In this document: in pieces, positions 63,141 through 64,000 of the stretch
Layout: every line of letters begins with the position of its first letter
Numbering within the stretch: the stretch's first letter is position 1
Source: Octopus vulgaris
Lineage: Eukaryota
Assembly: GCA_951406725.2 (NCBI GenBank)
Contig: OX597827.1
Location: 77,128,001 to 77,192,000, forward strand
Direction of reading: 5' to 3'
Length of the DNA: 64,000 nt
The notes under the pieces: model-generated
What the model saw: the letters and a program-made list of their open reading frames with translations, nothing else
Databases searched by the model: none
What the model was told of the DNA's origin: nothing
Position numbers and translations under genes: made by a program

Positions 63141-64000
63141 TGTTGAGTCAATGACAAATGACTGAGACCTTTGGCAACATGTTGTGCTTAAGAAGGAAGA
63201 CCCATCAAGCCAAATCACTGTCGTGGCAGATACTGGTGTGATGCAACAGGCACCTGTGCCAGTGGCACGTAAAAGCACTCTTGGAGTGGATGGCATTAAG
63301 AAGGGCATCCAGTTGTAGAAACCATGCCAAATCAGACTGGAGTCTGGTGCAACCCTTCAGCTTACCAGCCCTGGTCAAACCATCCAACCCATGCCAGCAT
63401 GGACAAATGGACGCTAAATGATGATGATGATGAGGAGGAGGAGGATAACTATTGTGTTATTCAATATTTTATAACAATCTCTAAAACTGCTTCATGAACA
63501 CATACAAAGTGCTGTATGGTTATGTCTACGTTTGTCCCCTACCACCACTGGACAACCAGTGTTGGTGTGTTTACATCCCAGAAACTTAGCAGTTTGGCAA
63601 AAGAGATTGATAGAATAAGTACCAGGCTAAAAAACAATAAGTCCTGGGTCCGATTCATTTGACTTAAATTCTTCACGGTGGTGCCCCAACATGACCACGG
63701 TCTAATGACTAAAATAAGCATGTGTGTGTCTTTGTGCCTGTATTTGCCCCCCACCACTGCTTAACAACCAGTGTTGGTGTGTTTATGTGCCCATAACTTA
63801 GTGGTTCAGCAAAAGGGGGTTCAATGGAATAAGTACTAAGTCCTAGGGTTGATTTGTTCCGACTAAAACCTTTGAAGGCGGTGCCCCAGCATGGCCACAA
63901 TCAAATGACTGAAACAGGTAAAATGAGAAAAGAAATCATTGCAGAGCTGCTTGTTGTTTTAACCTTTTTTGCATTGAGATCAGATTCACATTGTTTAGAA

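Overview
AT-rich, repeat-dense eukaryotic DNA, most likely from an octopus or other coleoid cephalopod. That assignment is inferred from the SINE types, microsatellite load, mollusc-type 5S sequence and poly-Asn C2H2 genes; no database search was run. Only two protein-coding regions are well supported: convergent C2H2 zinc-finger genes with uninterrupted CDSs (4981-6147 +, 4 fingers; 16816-19146 -, 15 fingers, 13 in a tandem array with alternating recognition helices). Nearly all other listed ORFs are artefacts of SINEs or microsatellites. The rest of the window holds four or more tRNA-derived SINE families; LINE remnants (RTE, CR1-like, R4/Dong, Tx1-like); Helitron, piggyBac-like, hAT-like and Merlin-like MITEs; decayed transposases; minisatellites; a retroposed 5S rRNA; and a tRNA-Pro copy. 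The most unusual signals are (i) three families of Penelope-like repeats carrying minimal hammerhead-ribozyme folds with non-canonical cores, (ii) a pre-tRNA-Pro joined to a (GAT)n retroposon tail, (iii) a SINE that multimerises through an exact 184-bp unit and shares its tail with a Tx1-like LINE, (iv) the two-finger periodicity of the long ZNF array, and (v) several long inverted repeats able to form dsRNA.
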